NCBI GenBank assembly: GCA_035656635.1
Contig: DASRSD010000039.1
Coordinates: 2,083-66,082, forward strand
Direction: 5' to 3'
Source of the DNA: Pirellulales bacterium
GTDB lineage: Bacteria > Planctomycetota > Planctomycetia > Pirellulales > JADZDJ01
DNA length: 64,000 bases
This document shows positions 1 to 10,336 of the stretch, in pieces; within the stretch, counting starts at the first letter, position 1, and every line of letters begins with the position of its first letter. The position numbers and the translations under genes were made by a program. The notes beneath the pieces are model-generated. The model saw nothing but the letters and a program-made list of their open reading frames with translations, was not told where the DNA came from and did not search any database.

Positions 1-485
1 CCGCCCAGTAAAATGCCACGCCCTTGCTGCGGTCGCTCTAAATACTTGGCCCCTTCCTGAACGCTCATGCGGCCTGCTACTTCGCTCATCGGTGTTAACA
101 ACGGCAGACGCCCCCGATCGTCACGCAATGTTTCGTAGGCGATGGCAGTTGCACCTGTCGCCAGGAACGATTCGGTCAGTTTTCTATCGGCTGCGAAATG
201 AAAATACGTGAACAGCGCCTGCCCTCGCCGCAACAAAGGTATTTCTTGCGGTTGAGGTTCTTTCACCTTCACAATCATTTCAGCTTCGGCAAATATCGCC
301 TCGGCCCGGTCGACCATTCGCGCGCCGGCTTGTTCGTACAACGAATCGGGCAGGCCGGAACCCACGCCCGCACCATGCTGCACCAACACCTTATGCCGGG
401 CCCGTATTAATTCCTCGACCCCTACCGGCAGCATTGCTACACGATACTCGTCGCGCTTGGTTTCTTTCGGAACGCCAACAATCAC
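1..485 (-). CDS. ald: alanine dehydrogenase, N-terminal portion (gene continues left of the window)
   Basis: Absent from the ORF track because it runs off the edge. Reverse translation from GTG (485..483) reads VIVGVPKETKRDEYRVAMLPVGVEELIRARHKVLVQHGAGVGSGLPDSLYEQAGARMV..MIVKVKEPQPQE..LFTYFHFAA..LLTPMSEVAGRMSVQEGAKYLE. This is the canonical Ald N-terminal domain. Confidence 0.85.
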   Translation of the reverse strand, partial: MIVGVPKETKRDEYRVAMLPVGVEELIRARHKVLVQHGAGVGSGLPDSLYEQAGARMVDRAEAIFAEAEMIVKVKEPQPQEIPLLRRGQALFTYFHFAADRKLTESFLATGATAIAYETLRDDRGRLPLLTPMSEVAGRMSVQEGAKYLERPQQGRGILLG

Positions 486-764
486 TGGGGGCACCTCAGT
501 TGTGGCCGGGCTTGTTAAAGCTTGATGAGAAAATGGGTTAACGGCATTTCAACAGACATTCCTGCTTGCGCCAAGGGTTTCGCGAAGCACCATCCTTTGC
601 CGAGGCTGAGTTGGCCACCTCCCTAGTGGACACCCGCCCAAAAGCGTGTCAGAATGTCGTTCTTTCCCGCTCCAATCGGTGGGTAGATTCCTCTTTCAAT
701 TGGTGGCACACTGCGGACCAGAACTTTTCGAGGGAACGGTGGGGATACCCAGATCATTCCCATC

Positions 765-1763
765 GTGATGAGACACCGACTTCCTGAACGCATGACGCGA
801 GTTTTTTCACTGCAACGCACACTAATGACACGGAAGAGCAAATGGATCGATGTCGAATCGGTCGATGAGCCGGCCGTGGCGGTCGCGCGCCGAGCCATTC
901 GAGCCCGGATGCGAACGGTATGGGAATGGGCGCCACTGGCTGCAGATCAGGCGACCGAAGATGTCGAATACATTCATCAACTACGCGTATCCACTCGCCG
1001 AGCCCGAGCGGCGTTGCAACTATTCGAAAACATGCTGCCCCGAAAACGGAGCCGCTGGTTTCGCAAGCAGTTGAAGCGGTTGCGCGAGGCGGCTGGCGAG
1101 GCCCGCGATTTGGATGTGCTGGCCCAGCATGTGGGAGCGGTTTGCGAAGCCGATCATTCACCGGGATGCGGATCCTTGCTGGAGCGCATTTCGGAAGCGC
1201 GGCGGGCGGCCCAGCCGGCGATCACCGAAATTTATCACAAACTCAAACAGCGCGCATTTCGACGCCGTGTGAAAAAGCTGGTAGGTAAAATCCGCTGGCG
1301 TTCGGATAACGGCGAGGCGCCTTCTTATTCGACGGCTGCCCAGATCGGTTTGCGGCCCTTGGCTACAGCATTTTTCCTGGCGGCGGAGGCTGACTTTGAA
1401 AGCATTCTCGCCGTACATGAATTTCGCATTGCTGGAAAACATTTGCGGTACGCCATGGAAGTGTTCGCCGCCGCGTTCAATCCAATCTTTCGCAAGGAGC
1501 TGTACCCAGTCGTCGAGGAACTACAGAACAAACTCGGCGCCGTGAACGATCGCTCGAATAACCGGGACCGTTGCCTGGCGTGGCTGGATGAAACCCGCGA
1601 TGAGTCGCAACGCTTGATCTTGAGCAAAATTATCTCGCTGGAAACCACCGCTTTTCAGGCTGCCATGCGCGAATTTCGCCAGTGGTGGACGCCCGAACGG
1701 ACCGCCGAATTAAAAGCCCGCTTTTGGCAAGAAATAGCCCCCAGCGAAGCCCGCTGTGCATAG
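765..1763 (+). CDS. CHAD domain-containing protein
   Basis: 332-aa ORF. EDVEYIHQLRVSTRRARAALQLF and the later HEFRIAGKHLRYAMEVF are the conserved-histidine helices typical of CHAD domains. The true start may be the internal Met at 825. Confidence 0.72.
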   Translation: MMRHRLPERMTRVFSLQRTLMTRKSKWIDVESVDEPAVAVARRAIRARMRTVWEWAPLAADQATEDVEYIHQLRVSTRRARAALQLFENMLPRKRSRWFRKQLKRLREAAGEARDLDVLAQHVGAVCEADHSPGCGSLLERISEARRAAQPAITEIYHKLKQRAFRRRVKKLVGKIRWRSDNGEAPSYSTAAQIGLRPLATAFFLAAEADFESILAVHEFRIAGKHLRYAMEVFAAAFNPIFRKELYPVVEELQNKLGAVNDRSNNRDRCLAWLDETRDESQRLILSKIISLETTAFQAAMREFRQWWTPERTAELKARFWQEIAPSEARCA

Positions 1764-1783
1764 CGGTTGTTTCAGGGAACCGC

Positions 1784-2290
1784 TTAAACGTGATCGCTGC
1801 CAAGCGGCGGTTCTTCAACCGGTTGCGGACCGTCAGGAACAATTGCCGGCACCGCTTTCAGGAACCGGCCTCCGCTTTCGTACCAGCCTTCCGCCTTAAA
1901 GCGACACCAGGGCAGGTCAATCAAAAATCCCACCCACCGGCTGTCCCCCGCATGAAAAGATGCCACCATGCGCCTCTGCGACAAGGGCTGCGGGTGATAA
2001 AACCCAAACCCCCCTTCAGAAAGAGATTTGCCCGCCACGACAATCGCCGGCCCGCACGGCATTTGGCCATCGAGGCCGATAGGCGTAAGCCGCACCAACT
2101 GCGGATACGGATATCGCCGATCACCACGGCGTTCTGGCTTGTAGCCGGGGCGGTGCATTAGCATCAACAGTTCGTGCACCCGGTCGCGAATGGCTTCGTC
2201 GATTGCGGGGCCGCCAAAAAATCGGTTGGTTGCGGGCTCCTCGAAAGCAGCACACATAGAATCACCCTCCAAAACATTGGTCGGCATCAT
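1784..2290 (-). CDS. PilZ domain protein (putative c-di-GMP binding)
   Basis: RRGDRRYPY (RxxxR) is followed about 35 aa later by GKSLSEGGFGF (D/N-x-S-x-x-G-like). Family-level call only. Convergent with the CHAD gene. Confidence 0.5.
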   Translation of the reverse strand: MMPTNVLEGDSMCAAFEEPATNRFFGGPAIDEAIRDRVHELLMLMHRPGYKPERRGDRRYPYPQLVRLTPIGLDGQMPCGPAIVVAGKSLSEGGFGFYHPQPLSQRRMVASFHAGDSRWVGFLIDLPWCRFKAEGWYESGGRFLKAVPAIVPDGPQPVEEPPLGSDHV

Positions 2291-2608
2291 AAAGGCTTCT
2301 CAAACCAAGATCACGGTTGCTCAATGCCGACGCGGATAACTCGCTTGCCCAAATGCCAGGTTGAAACACCAATTTGGATATAAACAGAAATTGCCACTTC
2401 AACCAAGGAAAAGAAATCGGCGATGGGCGAAGTTTGATTTGCGAGACGAAGCTCTGCAATGCGAGGAGGTCGCAATAAAAACCTAGTTCACGTTTGCTCG
2501 GCCGTCAAATCAATCTAAGCTGTGCGCTTTGGCAGATGATTGCGGCAGATTAAGTTCAGAAACCTACGGTGAGAATTGGCAACATGACACGCCATTCCGT
2601 GTCAAAAT

Positions 2609-2860
2609 TCAACCATGCAGCCAATTCAAAAATCCGAGCAGCGTTTCCGAAACATTGTCGTAGCCTGGGCAAGCCTTGCCGATCGCCAGCAGGACAATCA
2701 ACGCGAACAGCGCCAACGACGTATACCAGATGATTTTTTCAATCGCGTGGTAAGTTCGGCCGCGCCGGTCGGATCGACGCAGAAAATGATCCGTGGTCAC
2801 GCCGGCCAAGGCGCACAAAATGCAAACTAGGAGAAGTGGACTTACCATATTGTAATGCAC
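2609..2860 (-). CDS. small hypothetical membrane protein
   Basis: 83-aa ORF with two hydrophobic helices (SPLLLVCILCALAGV, WYTSLALFALIVLLAIG). No recognisable family. Confidence 0.35.
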   Translation of the reverse strand: MHYNMVSPLLLVCILCALAGVTTDHFLRRSDRRGRTYHAIEKIIWYTSLALFALIVLLAIGKACPGYDNVSETLLGFLNWLHG

Positions 2861-2977
2861 CCGGCCTCAGCGGATGGAAACCGACCAGGTTCCACAAGCA
2901 TACCTCAGAAATGCGGGCTCGGCGTGGCTTTAATCCGCTTATGCAAACCAGCGGTTTTTCGTCTGGCCGCTGGATCA

Positions 2978-3328
2978 CTATCCTAGCGAATTGACGTTAG
3001 TTGCAATCGCATATGTAATAAACAAGCACACGCCGGTCATCAACATCATTGCTGCCAGAAATAGCAGGTCGGCGAGCCGTTCGGTTTGCAACCGCCGGCG
3101 AATTTTTCGATTGCGCAAGGCCCAGTACGACAACAGACAGGAGGCCATAAAAATCAGCGCGTCAAACGCCAGCAAATCGTCGGCCAGCGTGTTGACCTTT
3201 TGCAAAGTAATCACGATCCGAATTAGCCCGATCACTGTCAGGCACACGCCGACCATGGCGGCAGAAACCGCAAAGGTGTGAACGCACAAATCGTCTTCCA
3301 GCGGCATCCTGTCTTTGATCTCGGCCAT
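2978..3328 (-). CDS. hypothetical integral membrane protein
   Basis: 116-aa ORF with 3-4 predicted TM helices (AVSAAMVGVCLTVIGLIRIVI, ALIFMASCLLSYWAL, LLFLAAMMLMTGVCLFITYAI). No recognisable family. Confidence 0.45.
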   Translation of the reverse strand: MAEIKDRMPLEDDLCVHTFAVSAAMVGVCLTVIGLIRIVITLQKVNTLADDLLAFDALIFMASCLLSYWALRNRKIRRRLQTERLADLLFLAAMMLMTGVCLFITYAIATNVNSLG

Positions 3329-3524
3329 GGTGAATTACGACATCCTTTCCGGGCTGCCCCGCAAAGCCGAATGCTTTGTGGTGTATTGATTTCCGGCACC
3401 TCGCATGCGGCACGCATTATGGCGAGAGAGATTTATCCACGCAACATCAGCTAGAGGGCCGCTAAAAGAAAGAAATGCGACGCCTGGAAATCATCAATCA
3501 ACAAAACAGTCACGATGTGCCGAG

Positions 3525-4898
3525 TCATATCACAGCGGAATTTCCACCGGCGGTTTCACCCTCGGTAGGCTTTTCGCGATCTTCGCGGCGACGGAGGTAA
3601 AGCTTGATCGGCACTTCTGCAAACGGCAACCGTTCGCGAAACACGCCCAACAAGTAACGGCGGTACGTTTGCGAAATGCCCGTCGGATTGGAACAAAACA
3701 ACACCATCGTGGGCGGTTCGATCCCCACTTGCGTGGCGAACAAGATTTTGGGTTGGCGATTTTGATAGATCGGCGGCGGGTTGGCGTCGATGGCCGCACG
3801 CAACAGCTTGTTCAGATCGGCAGTGGCGACTCGCTGCCGGGCCTGCTTGAACAACACTTGAGCATGGTTCAACAGCGCTTTCACGTTTTTGCCGCTTTGG
3901 CCCGTGACAAAGGCAATCGGAACATAGTGCACGGCACGAAAGGTATCGTAAATGTAATGCACCCACTTTTCCGTGGGCATGCTTTCATGGCGGAGATCCC
4001 ACTTGTTGACGACGAAGATGCACGGCTTATATTGCTGCGAAATGTAATCGCTCAGTTGCTTGTCGACTTTGCTGATGCGCTGCGTGGGATCGAAAAACAA
4101 TAGCACGACATCGGCCCGACGGATACTGCGCTGCGCCCGGTGCAGGCTGTAAAACTCCACGTCGCTGGCAATGCTGCGCTTCCGCTTGAGTCCCGGAGTG
4201 TCAATGGCCATGAAGGATTTGCCGTCGAGTTGGAAATGCACGTCCACACTGTCGCGGGTTGTGCCGGGCACTTCGCTGACGATCATCCGTTCGGCCTGGG
4301 CCAACGTATTCACGAACGTGCTTTTTCCCACGTTGCGGCGGCCGACAATGGCCACTTTCATTTCCGGCTCTTGCGGCGGAGCGACGTTTTCCTCCAACTG
4401 GGGCGGCAGTCGCTCGAGAATCAAATCGATGAGCTCTTCCCGGTGCCGGTTTTGCGTGGTGCTAATGCACAGCAACTTGCCGCGGCCCAGCTTGTAAAAT
4501 TCGTCGGTGTTGGGATCAATCGACAGGTCATCTGCTTTATTGGCCACGCAGATGGTTGGCGCTTGAACGTATCGCAAGCGCTTGGCGACTTCCTGATCCT
4601 GCGGCATCAGCCCTTCCCGGGCATCGACTACCAGCAAAATGACTGCCGCTTGCTCCAGGGCTGCGTTAATTTGCTCCTCGATTTGCGGCGTGAGGTTATC
4701 AGGATCTTGAAAACCCAGGCCGCCCGTATCGACCAGCTCGAAATACCGTCCTTTTTCACAAATCAAATACGTGAGCCGGTCGCGGGTGACGCCGGCCGAG
4801 GAATCGACAATGGCAAGTTTGCGGCGCGCAAGCCAGTTAAACAGGCTCGATTTGCCCACATTTGGCCGGCCGACGATTACAACTTGCGGAAGACCCAT
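3525..4898 (-). CDS. der: ribosome-biogenesis GTPase Der (EngA)
   Basis: Two tandem GTPase domains with P-loops: VVIVGRPNVGKSSLFN and KVAIVGRRNVGKSTFVN. DTGG/DTPG and NKAD/NKWD motifs and a KH-like C-terminus are present. Confidence 0.95.
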   Translation of the reverse strand: MGLPQVVIVGRPNVGKSSLFNWLARRKLAIVDSSAGVTRDRLTYLICEKGRYFELVDTGGLGFQDPDNLTPQIEEQINAALEQAAVILLVVDAREGLMPQDQEVAKRLRYVQAPTICVANKADDLSIDPNTDEFYKLGRGKLLCISTTQNRHREELIDLILERLPPQLEENVAPPQEPEMKVAIVGRRNVGKSTFVNTLAQAERMIVSEVPGTTRDSVDVHFQLDGKSFMAIDTPGLKRKRSIASDVEFYSLHRAQRSIRRADVVLLFFDPTQRISKVDKQLSDYISQQYKPCIFVVNKWDLRHESMPTEKWVHYIYDTFRAVHYVPIAFVTGQSGKNVKALLNHAQVLFKQARQRVATADLNKLLRAAIDANPPPIYQNRQPKILFATQVGIEPPTMVLFCSNPTGISQTYRRYLLGVFRERLPFAEVPIKLYLRRREDREKPTEGETAGGNSAVI

Positions 4899-5032
4899 AT
4901 TACTAGCGTAACATGACGTACCGAAACGATATAGGAGCCGCCTGTTTGCCCCACCATAAAAGCCGGGTAGGATGGATGTCCGCCCGACGGACCGGGAATT
5001 ATATCCAGGTGGTCAGGGGGAGTTTTGCTTCC

Positions 5033-5671
5033 ATGGCGATTGAAGAAACATCAGCAAACGACGACGCTTTGGTAAACCGGGTCCGCGCCGGCGACTGCTT
5101 AGCTCTGTCGGAATTTTTGGTTGGCCGGCAGCCGCAACTGATGGCTTTTATCGAGCGCCGCTTAGGACCTGGGTTGCGGCGGAAAATTGAGCCGGACGAT
5201 TTGTATCAGGAGGTGAGTGCCGAGGCAGTGCGGTCGCTGGGCGAAGTGAAATTGATGGAGCGCGATCCGTTCAATTGGCTGTGCCAAGTGGCGGAAAGGC
5301 GGATTATCGATGCCCACCGCAGATTCTTCGGCAGCCAGAAACGAAATGCGGGACGCGAAGTCTCGCTGGATGCTGGAGGCGGCAGCGCGAGCACGAGCCG
5401 GCCGGGACTAATCAATATGCTTGTGGCTAGCATGACATCGGCCAGCCAGGTGTTTTCGCGTGATCAAAAGCAAATCCGCATGTTGACAGCCCTGGAACAG
5501 CTGCCGGAAGAAAATCGCGAGGCTTTGCGACTGAGATACTTGGAAGGGATGCCGTCTAAACAAATTGCCGAAAAACTAGGAAAAACGGACGGCGCCATTC
5601 GGGTGATGCTTACTCGTTCGCTGGCCAAACTGCAACAGATTTTGGGTACGGATACCATGAGTAATGTGTGA
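5033..5671 (+). CDS. ECF-type RNA polymerase sigma-70 factor
   Basis: Region 2 (DDLYQEVSAEAV..FNWLCQVAERRIIDAHRR) and region 4 HTH (LPEENREALRLRYLEGMPSKQIAEKLGKTDGAIRVMLTRSLAKL). The start is set at ATG 5033, preceded by GGGGGAG. The longest ORF starts at 4913, only 15 nt from the divergent der start. Confidence 0.85.
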   Translation: MAIEETSANDDALVNRVRAGDCLALSEFLVGRQPQLMAFIERRLGPGLRRKIEPDDLYQEVSAEAVRSLGEVKLMERDPFNWLCQVAERRIIDAHRRFFGSQKRNAGREVSLDAGGGSASTSRPGLINMLVASMTSASQVFSRDQKQIRMLTALEQLPEENREALRLRYLEGMPSKQIAEKLGKTDGAIRVMLTRSLAKLQQILGTDTMSNV

Positions 5672-5759
5672 ACAGTATTTACAAGAGACCCTTGATTTTC
5701 TCGATCGCCGGAGGGACAGGCCTTCCGGAAAATCACGAATGACGCCAAGGAATTGAATT

Positions 5760-6944
5760 GTGGCACGTATTGTCATGGCCATGTCGGGCGGGGTGGATAG
5801 CAGCGTCGCGGCGGCGCTGTTGTGCCGCGCCGGCCACGAGGTGGTCGGCGTGTTTATGCGTCACGGGGAAGCGCCCGTAGCGGCAGAAACCACCGCTTGT
5901 GCCTCCGCGATTTCAGCCGAGGGTCAACTATTGCCAATGATTCAAGGCCGCCTCGACCATAAACAGGGCTGCTGCAGCGCTTCGGACGCCGAAGATGCTC
6001 GTCGTGTTGCTGAATGGCTGGGCATTCCGTTTTATGCTCTGAACTTGAGCGATGATTTTGCGCGGATCATTGACTATTTTGTCGCTGAATACTCTGCCGC
6101 ACGCACACCCAATCCGTGTGTGATGTGCAACAATTGGTTGAAGTTTGGGAAGTTGTTTGATTATGCAGACCAGGTGGGAGCCGAGTTTGTCGCTACCGGC
6201 CATTATGCACGGATTCGAATGTTGGAAGTCCCCGGTCAGACGCCAGGTAGCACTCAATTGTTCCGCGGGATGGACCCAACCAAAGATCAATCTTACGTGC
6301 TGTTTGGAGTTGATCGCAGTTGTCTGCCGCGCATGATGCTGCCGATTGGCGATTATCAGAAATCCGAAATCCGGCAATTGGCCCGCGAGCTTCGCTTACG
6401 AGTGGCTGACAAGCGCGATAGCCAGGAAATTTGCTTTGTTTCCAGCGGCGACCATGCCGAATTCGTGCGGCGAAACCGTTTTCGTCGAAGCGAATCCGAG
6501 AGCGATTCTGTCGGCATGCCGGACGAAACGGATACATCGGGAGAAATTGTGCTGGCGAATGGTTCCATTGTAGGCAAGCATGACGGCATTGAAGCGTTCA
6601 CCATCGGTCAACGCAAAGGGTTAGGCGTGGCGCTGGGCGAGCCATATTATGTCACGCATATTGAAGCCGCCAGCCACCGAGTAGTGATCGGACGGCGAGA
6701 AGAACTGGCTCGCTGCGAAGTAACTGCCGACCACGCAAATTGGCTGGACGAGGCGCCTCTGGCGCCATTCCGCGCGCAAGTGCAAATTCGCTACAACAGC
6801 GCTGCAGCACCGGCATTGGTGGAACCACTCGAAAATGACCGCTTCCGTGTCCAATTCGACGAGCCACGCTATGGCGTCGCTCCAGGACAAGCGGCGGTCT
6901 GTTATGATGGAGATCGCATACTTGGAGGTGGCTGGATTGAATGA
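5760..6944 (+). CDS. mnmA: tRNA 2-thiouridine(34) synthase MnmA
   Basis: PP-loop VMAMSGGVDSSVAAALL, then NPCVMCN, ATGHYAR and DQSYVL motifs. Carries a short acidic/Ser-rich insertion (RRSESESDSVGMPDETD). Confidence 0.93.
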   Translation: MARIVMAMSGGVDSSVAAALLCRAGHEVVGVFMRHGEAPVAAETTACASAISAEGQLLPMIQGRLDHKQGCCSASDAEDARRVAEWLGIPFYALNLSDDFARIIDYFVAEYSAARTPNPCVMCNNWLKFGKLFDYADQVGAEFVATGHYARIRMLEVPGQTPGSTQLFRGMDPTKDQSYVLFGVDRSCLPRMMLPIGDYQKSEIRQLARELRLRVADKRDSQEICFVSSGDHAEFVRRNRFRRSESESDSVGMPDETDTSGEIVLANGSIVGKHDGIEAFTIGQRKGLGVALGEPYYVTHIEAASHRVVIGRREELARCEVTADHANWLDEAPLAPFRAQVQIRYNSAAAPALVEPLENDRFRVQFDEPRYGVAPGQAAVCYDGDRILGGGWIE

Positions 6945-7040
6945 AGACCGGATTTACGTTCTTGCGGCCAGCCAGGCGAGTACTATAATCGCGGCAGAGC
7001 AATAGATTTGCCTTTCAGCGCCATAATAAAAAGATCACAC

Positions 7041-8048
7041 ATGCCGCAGCTTTCCTTTCTCTTCGCTCAATTTGATCATCTGCCCGACAACATCGGTCTG
7101 TATATTGCGGGCGGCGTATTTGCTTTTTTCTTTCTCGTTTTTCTCCTATTAGTGCTCACCTACGGTAAGCTATGGTTCCAAGCATACATGTCAAATGCTC
7201 GGGTCAGCTTACTGACTTTGGTGGGGATGAGTTTGCGCAAAGTTGACGCACGAGTGATCGTGCAAGCCAAAATTATGGCTTTACAAGCCGGCGTAGGAAC
7301 TGATCCACAAACCGGCATCACCACCCGCCGCCTGGAAGCACACTATTTGGCGGGCGGCGATGTGCCGCGCGTCATTCGGGCGATTATCGCCGCCCATCGA
7401 GCCGACATCGATTTGGACTTCGACCGCGCGGCCGCCATCGACTTGGCCGGTCGCGACGTGCTGGACGCGGTGCAAACTAGCGTCAATCCCAAGGTCATCG
7501 ATTGTCCGGATCCTAATACCAGCCGCAAAAGCACTCTTTCGGCCATTGCGAAAAATGGCGTGGAATTGAAAGTGAAAGCACGGGTCACGGTCCGCACCAA
7601 TTTGCAGCAACTCATTGGTGGTGCTACTGAAGAAACCATTATTGCCCGCGTGGGGGAAGGGATCATCACGGCAATCGGTTCATCCGAAAGCCACTTAAGT
7701 GTAATTGAGAATCCCGATCGCATCAGCAAAGCGGTACTCGAACGAGGCCTGGACGCCAATACAGCATTTCAAATTGTGTCAATTGATATTGCCGATTGTG
7801 ACCCTGGTGAAAACATTGGCGCCCGCCTGCAGGCAGACCAAGCCGAAGCCGATACGCGCGTGGCTCGCGCCAAGGCCGAAGAACGGCGAGCAATTGCGAT
7901 TGCCCGTGAACAGGAAATGAAAGCTGCGGTACAGGAGAATCGCGCCCTCGTCCTCCAAGCCGAAACACAAGTTCCGGTTGCCATGGCCCACGCGTTTCGC
8001 ACGGGTAATTTACATGGCAAAACGTCCGACAACGGCGCCGCATTATAA
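7041..8048 (+). CDS. floA: flotillin-like protein FloA (UPF0365/SPFH family)
   Basis: Collinear with the FloA/YqfA pattern: [118 protein letters not shown]. Confidence 0.88.
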   Translation: MPQLSFLFAQFDHLPDNIGLYIAGGVFAFFFLVFLLLVLTYGKLWFQAYMSNARVSLLTLVGMSLRKVDARVIVQAKIMALQAGVGTDPQTGITTRRLEAHYLAGGDVPRVIRAIIAAHRADIDLDFDRAAAIDLAGRDVLDAVQTSVNPKVIDCPDPNTSRKSTLSAIAKNGVELKVKARVTVRTNLQQLIGGATEETIIARVGEGIITAIGSSESHLSVIENPDRISKAVLERGLDANTAFQIVSIDIADCDPGENIGARLQADQAEADTRVARAKAEERRAIAIAREQEMKAAVQENRALVLQAETQVPVAMAHAFRTGNLHGKTSDNGAAL

Positions 8049-8178
8049 TTTGTCAGCCTCATAGTTGTCCAGCAGCAATCATATCTGTTTCTGCAACACA
8101 CCAGCGGCGCGACAGTCCCAGTGCGATGCCAAAGATCAAATGCACACGCAGGTCAGTCTGCTGCTCGCACAAGGTTTA

Positions 8179-9264
8179 TCACAATGCCGTCACGGCACCA
8201 CGAGCGAACCTCCGTTGAACAAACAACATGATAAGCCCTATGCAGGCCAACGCCGCGCTACTCGGCTCCGGCACTGCAGCTGTGGATGCTGCCCCACCCT
8301 GTAACAGCAAATTCAGCAGGGCCTGCAGATCTGTGTTTGTGACTTTACCATTTTGATCGACATCAGCGATCGCCAGGAATTCCGAGTTCGACAAGCCATA
8401 TGCCGCTTGAAACGCGCTCGGATTCGTCAGCGCTTGCAACATCAGTGTGATATCCGCGCTTGATTTCTGACCGTCTCGATTAAAATCTCCACGCATGATA
8501 GCTCGGTAAATGGCGAATGTCGCCTGATCCTGTATTTTTGAATCGACCGTGCCATAAAAGTCGCCATAACTTGGATCGGACAATCCAAAAATGTCGACAA
8601 GCGGTTCCGTTGTGAGCGTGACACCATCTGAAAAATGAACGGTCACCGTGTACGCAAAACCATACGCGCCAAAGGTTGGGCCGGAGCCGATGTAAAGGTC
8701 TTTTTCCAACTCGTGTTGATCGATCAGCGAAACACCAAACGGCGCGGTATTTGATGGCACAGAGGACCAACCGCTTCCGGTTACGTATACATCGCCAGGC
8801 TGAGCGCCGGGATGTGGAAAAGGCGGATAACTGGGATCATCTCCATATATATCAAATATATCTAGCGTCGTACCCTGCGGCGCTGGGCTGGCCATCGCAC
8901 TTCCCAATCCGTTGCCGTTGATGCTTGTGCCGTTGGAAAAATACAGAGGACTCACGACGCTGTAAGTAGCAGTATAGGAGGGCCACCGGCCAGCCGTTGC
9001 CACGAATCCATGGATCGTTGGAAAGTAGAGGCCATTCATGTCAGAACCGACAACATCAAAGGAGGCGTAAAAAAAATCATTTGGAGCCGCCATTGCCTCT
9101 TGCTTGTCAAAATAATCGCCGTCGGACGAATCCGAGGCCGACAGCGATGCTGGCGTAATGTTGTCCGCAGCAAAATTGATCGCCAGATCAAATCCATGTC
9201 CCCATGACGTCGCCGTCGAAACATTGATTATGACGACTAATACAGCCGAAAATAGCCGTTTCAT
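8179..9264 (-). CDS. secreted protein of unknown family with HGF mature N-terminus, C-terminal dockerin-like pair and PEP-CTERM anchor
   Basis: Signal peptide MKRLFSAVLVVIINVSTATSWG followed by HGFDL. C-terminus is GDFNRDGQKSSADI..ADVDQNGKVTNTDLQALLNLLL, then VPEPSS + hydrophobic helix + RR. Paralogous to the next gene. The longest ORF extends to a TTG at 9285. Confidence 0.7.
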   Translation of the reverse strand: MKRLFSAVLVVIINVSTATSWGHGFDLAINFAADNITPASLSASDSSDGDYFDKQEAMAAPNDFFYASFDVVGSDMNGLYFPTIHGFVATAGRWPSYTATYSVVSPLYFSNGTSINGNGLGSAMASPAPQGTTLDIFDIYGDDPSYPPFPHPGAQPGDVYVTGSGWSSVPSNTAPFGVSLIDQHELEKDLYIGSGPTFGAYGFAYTVTVHFSDGVTLTTEPLVDIFGLSDPSYGDFYGTVDSKIQDQATFAIYRAIMRGDFNRDGQKSSADITLMLQALTNPSAFQAAYGLSNSEFLAIADVDQNGKVTNTDLQALLNLLLQGGAASTAAVPEPSSAALACIGLIMLFVQRRFARGAVTAL

Positions 9265-9355
9265 TGTATGCCTCTTAAAATCCAAAGTTTACCGTCAGTG
9301 AGCTGGAGCCCACCGACGGTTCGTTCTTCAATCAAAATTACCGACGTGTGAAAAT

Positions 9356-10336
9356 TCAACACGAAACCAACTCAACTTGCTTCCGACGGTCGGCTCGCAA
9401 CCGAAGTAAACCGATTCCTACGATCCCGAGAAGCGTCAGCATCAGGGCATCCGGCTCTGGTACCGCAGCGTTATAAATCGCCAGCGTTGCTGCATCTTGC
9501 ACCGAAACAGGAGCACTGGCTCCTGGTGGCGATGTTGTGCTCACAAAACTGCCGGAGGCCGACAGCGTCGAATCCGTCAGGGCAAACACGTCCACCATTG
9601 GCGCAGTCGTAAGAATGGGTCCCTGCGTCGTGATGTGATTCAAATCCGAACCGATGAAATAATCGACGGTTAGCGTATAGGCAAATCCATATTCACCATA
9701 GGTCTGCGTCGAACCACTCCCTAGCGTCAAGTCTTTCGCTAACTCGTGCGTATCTGCAAGCGAAATTTGAAAACCAGGCACGGTCCCTGTGCTGCCGCTA
9801 ATCGTAATAATGCCATCCGCGGTGCTAGCTGCTCCGGGATGATTCGTCGAGTTGCTCGCCCCGTTTGGCGCATTTCCCGGAAACCGTTCGATGATATCCA
9901 AATAGGTTCCCGCAGATGCCGAAACGGCCACGCTACCGTCGGAGTATAACAACGGACTGATTACCGTGAAGGTCGCACTAAAATTGAATTCGCCACCGTT
10001 GCCGGACGGACCAGACAATTGCGGTCCTCCGTCGTTCACTGGGTAATAAATGCCCGGCGACGATCGCGGCGCACTTACTAGTGTCCCTTCGGTAAACAAC
10101 GAATCCGGGCCCGTAGTAATCGGAAAGGTGCCGAAAAACACATTGCTGGGGCCGTTCGGCGTGGGTGGCGTTGTTTTCGACGCCGGATAATCCAAGCTCG
10201 GTTCTGCCGATCCAATCGTGAATCCGATTGGTACGCCGCCTGCATCGTTTTCAATCAGCATATACCCATGTGCCCACACTCGGTCGGCTGCCCACGCAAC
10301 CGATAAAGCCAAAACCACAAAAGTGGATAATCTCAT
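9356..10336 (-). CDS. secreted paralogue with HGY mature N-terminus and PEP-CTERM anchor
   Basis: Signal peptide MRLSTFVVLALSVAWAADRVWA followed by HGYML. Shares blocks with the 8179..9264 product: FSATFTVISPLLYSDGS, HPGA, SLADTHELAKDL, YGEYGFAYTLTV, PMVDVFALTD, QDAATLAIY. Ends VPEPDALMLTLLGIVGIGLLRLR. Confidence 0.7.
   Translation of the reverse strand: MRLSTFVVLALSVAWAADRVWAHGYMLIENDAGGVPIGFTIGSAEPSLDYPASKTTPPTPNGPSNVFFGTFPITTGPDSLFTEGTLVSAPRSSPGIYYPVNDGGPQLSGPSGNGGEFNFSATFTVISPLLYSDGSVAVSASAGTYLDIIERFPGNAPNGASNSTNHPGAASTADGIITISGSTGTVPGFQISLADTHELAKDLTLGSGSTQTYGEYGFAYTLTVDYFIGSDLNHITTQGPILTTAPMVDVFALTDSTLSASGSFVSTTSPPGASAPVSVQDAATLAIYNAAVPEPDALMLTLLGIVGIGLLRLRADRRKQVELVSC

Noticed and set aside
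754-1648. Minus-strand ORFs opposite the CHAD gene (754..1161, 1158..1442, 1325..1648).
   Set aside because: They are antisense to an ORF with paired CHAD histidine helices, and they form a chain of short alternative frames.
4140-4916. 258-aa plus ORF.
   Set aside because: It is antisense to der, which has tandem GTPase P-loops on the minus strand.
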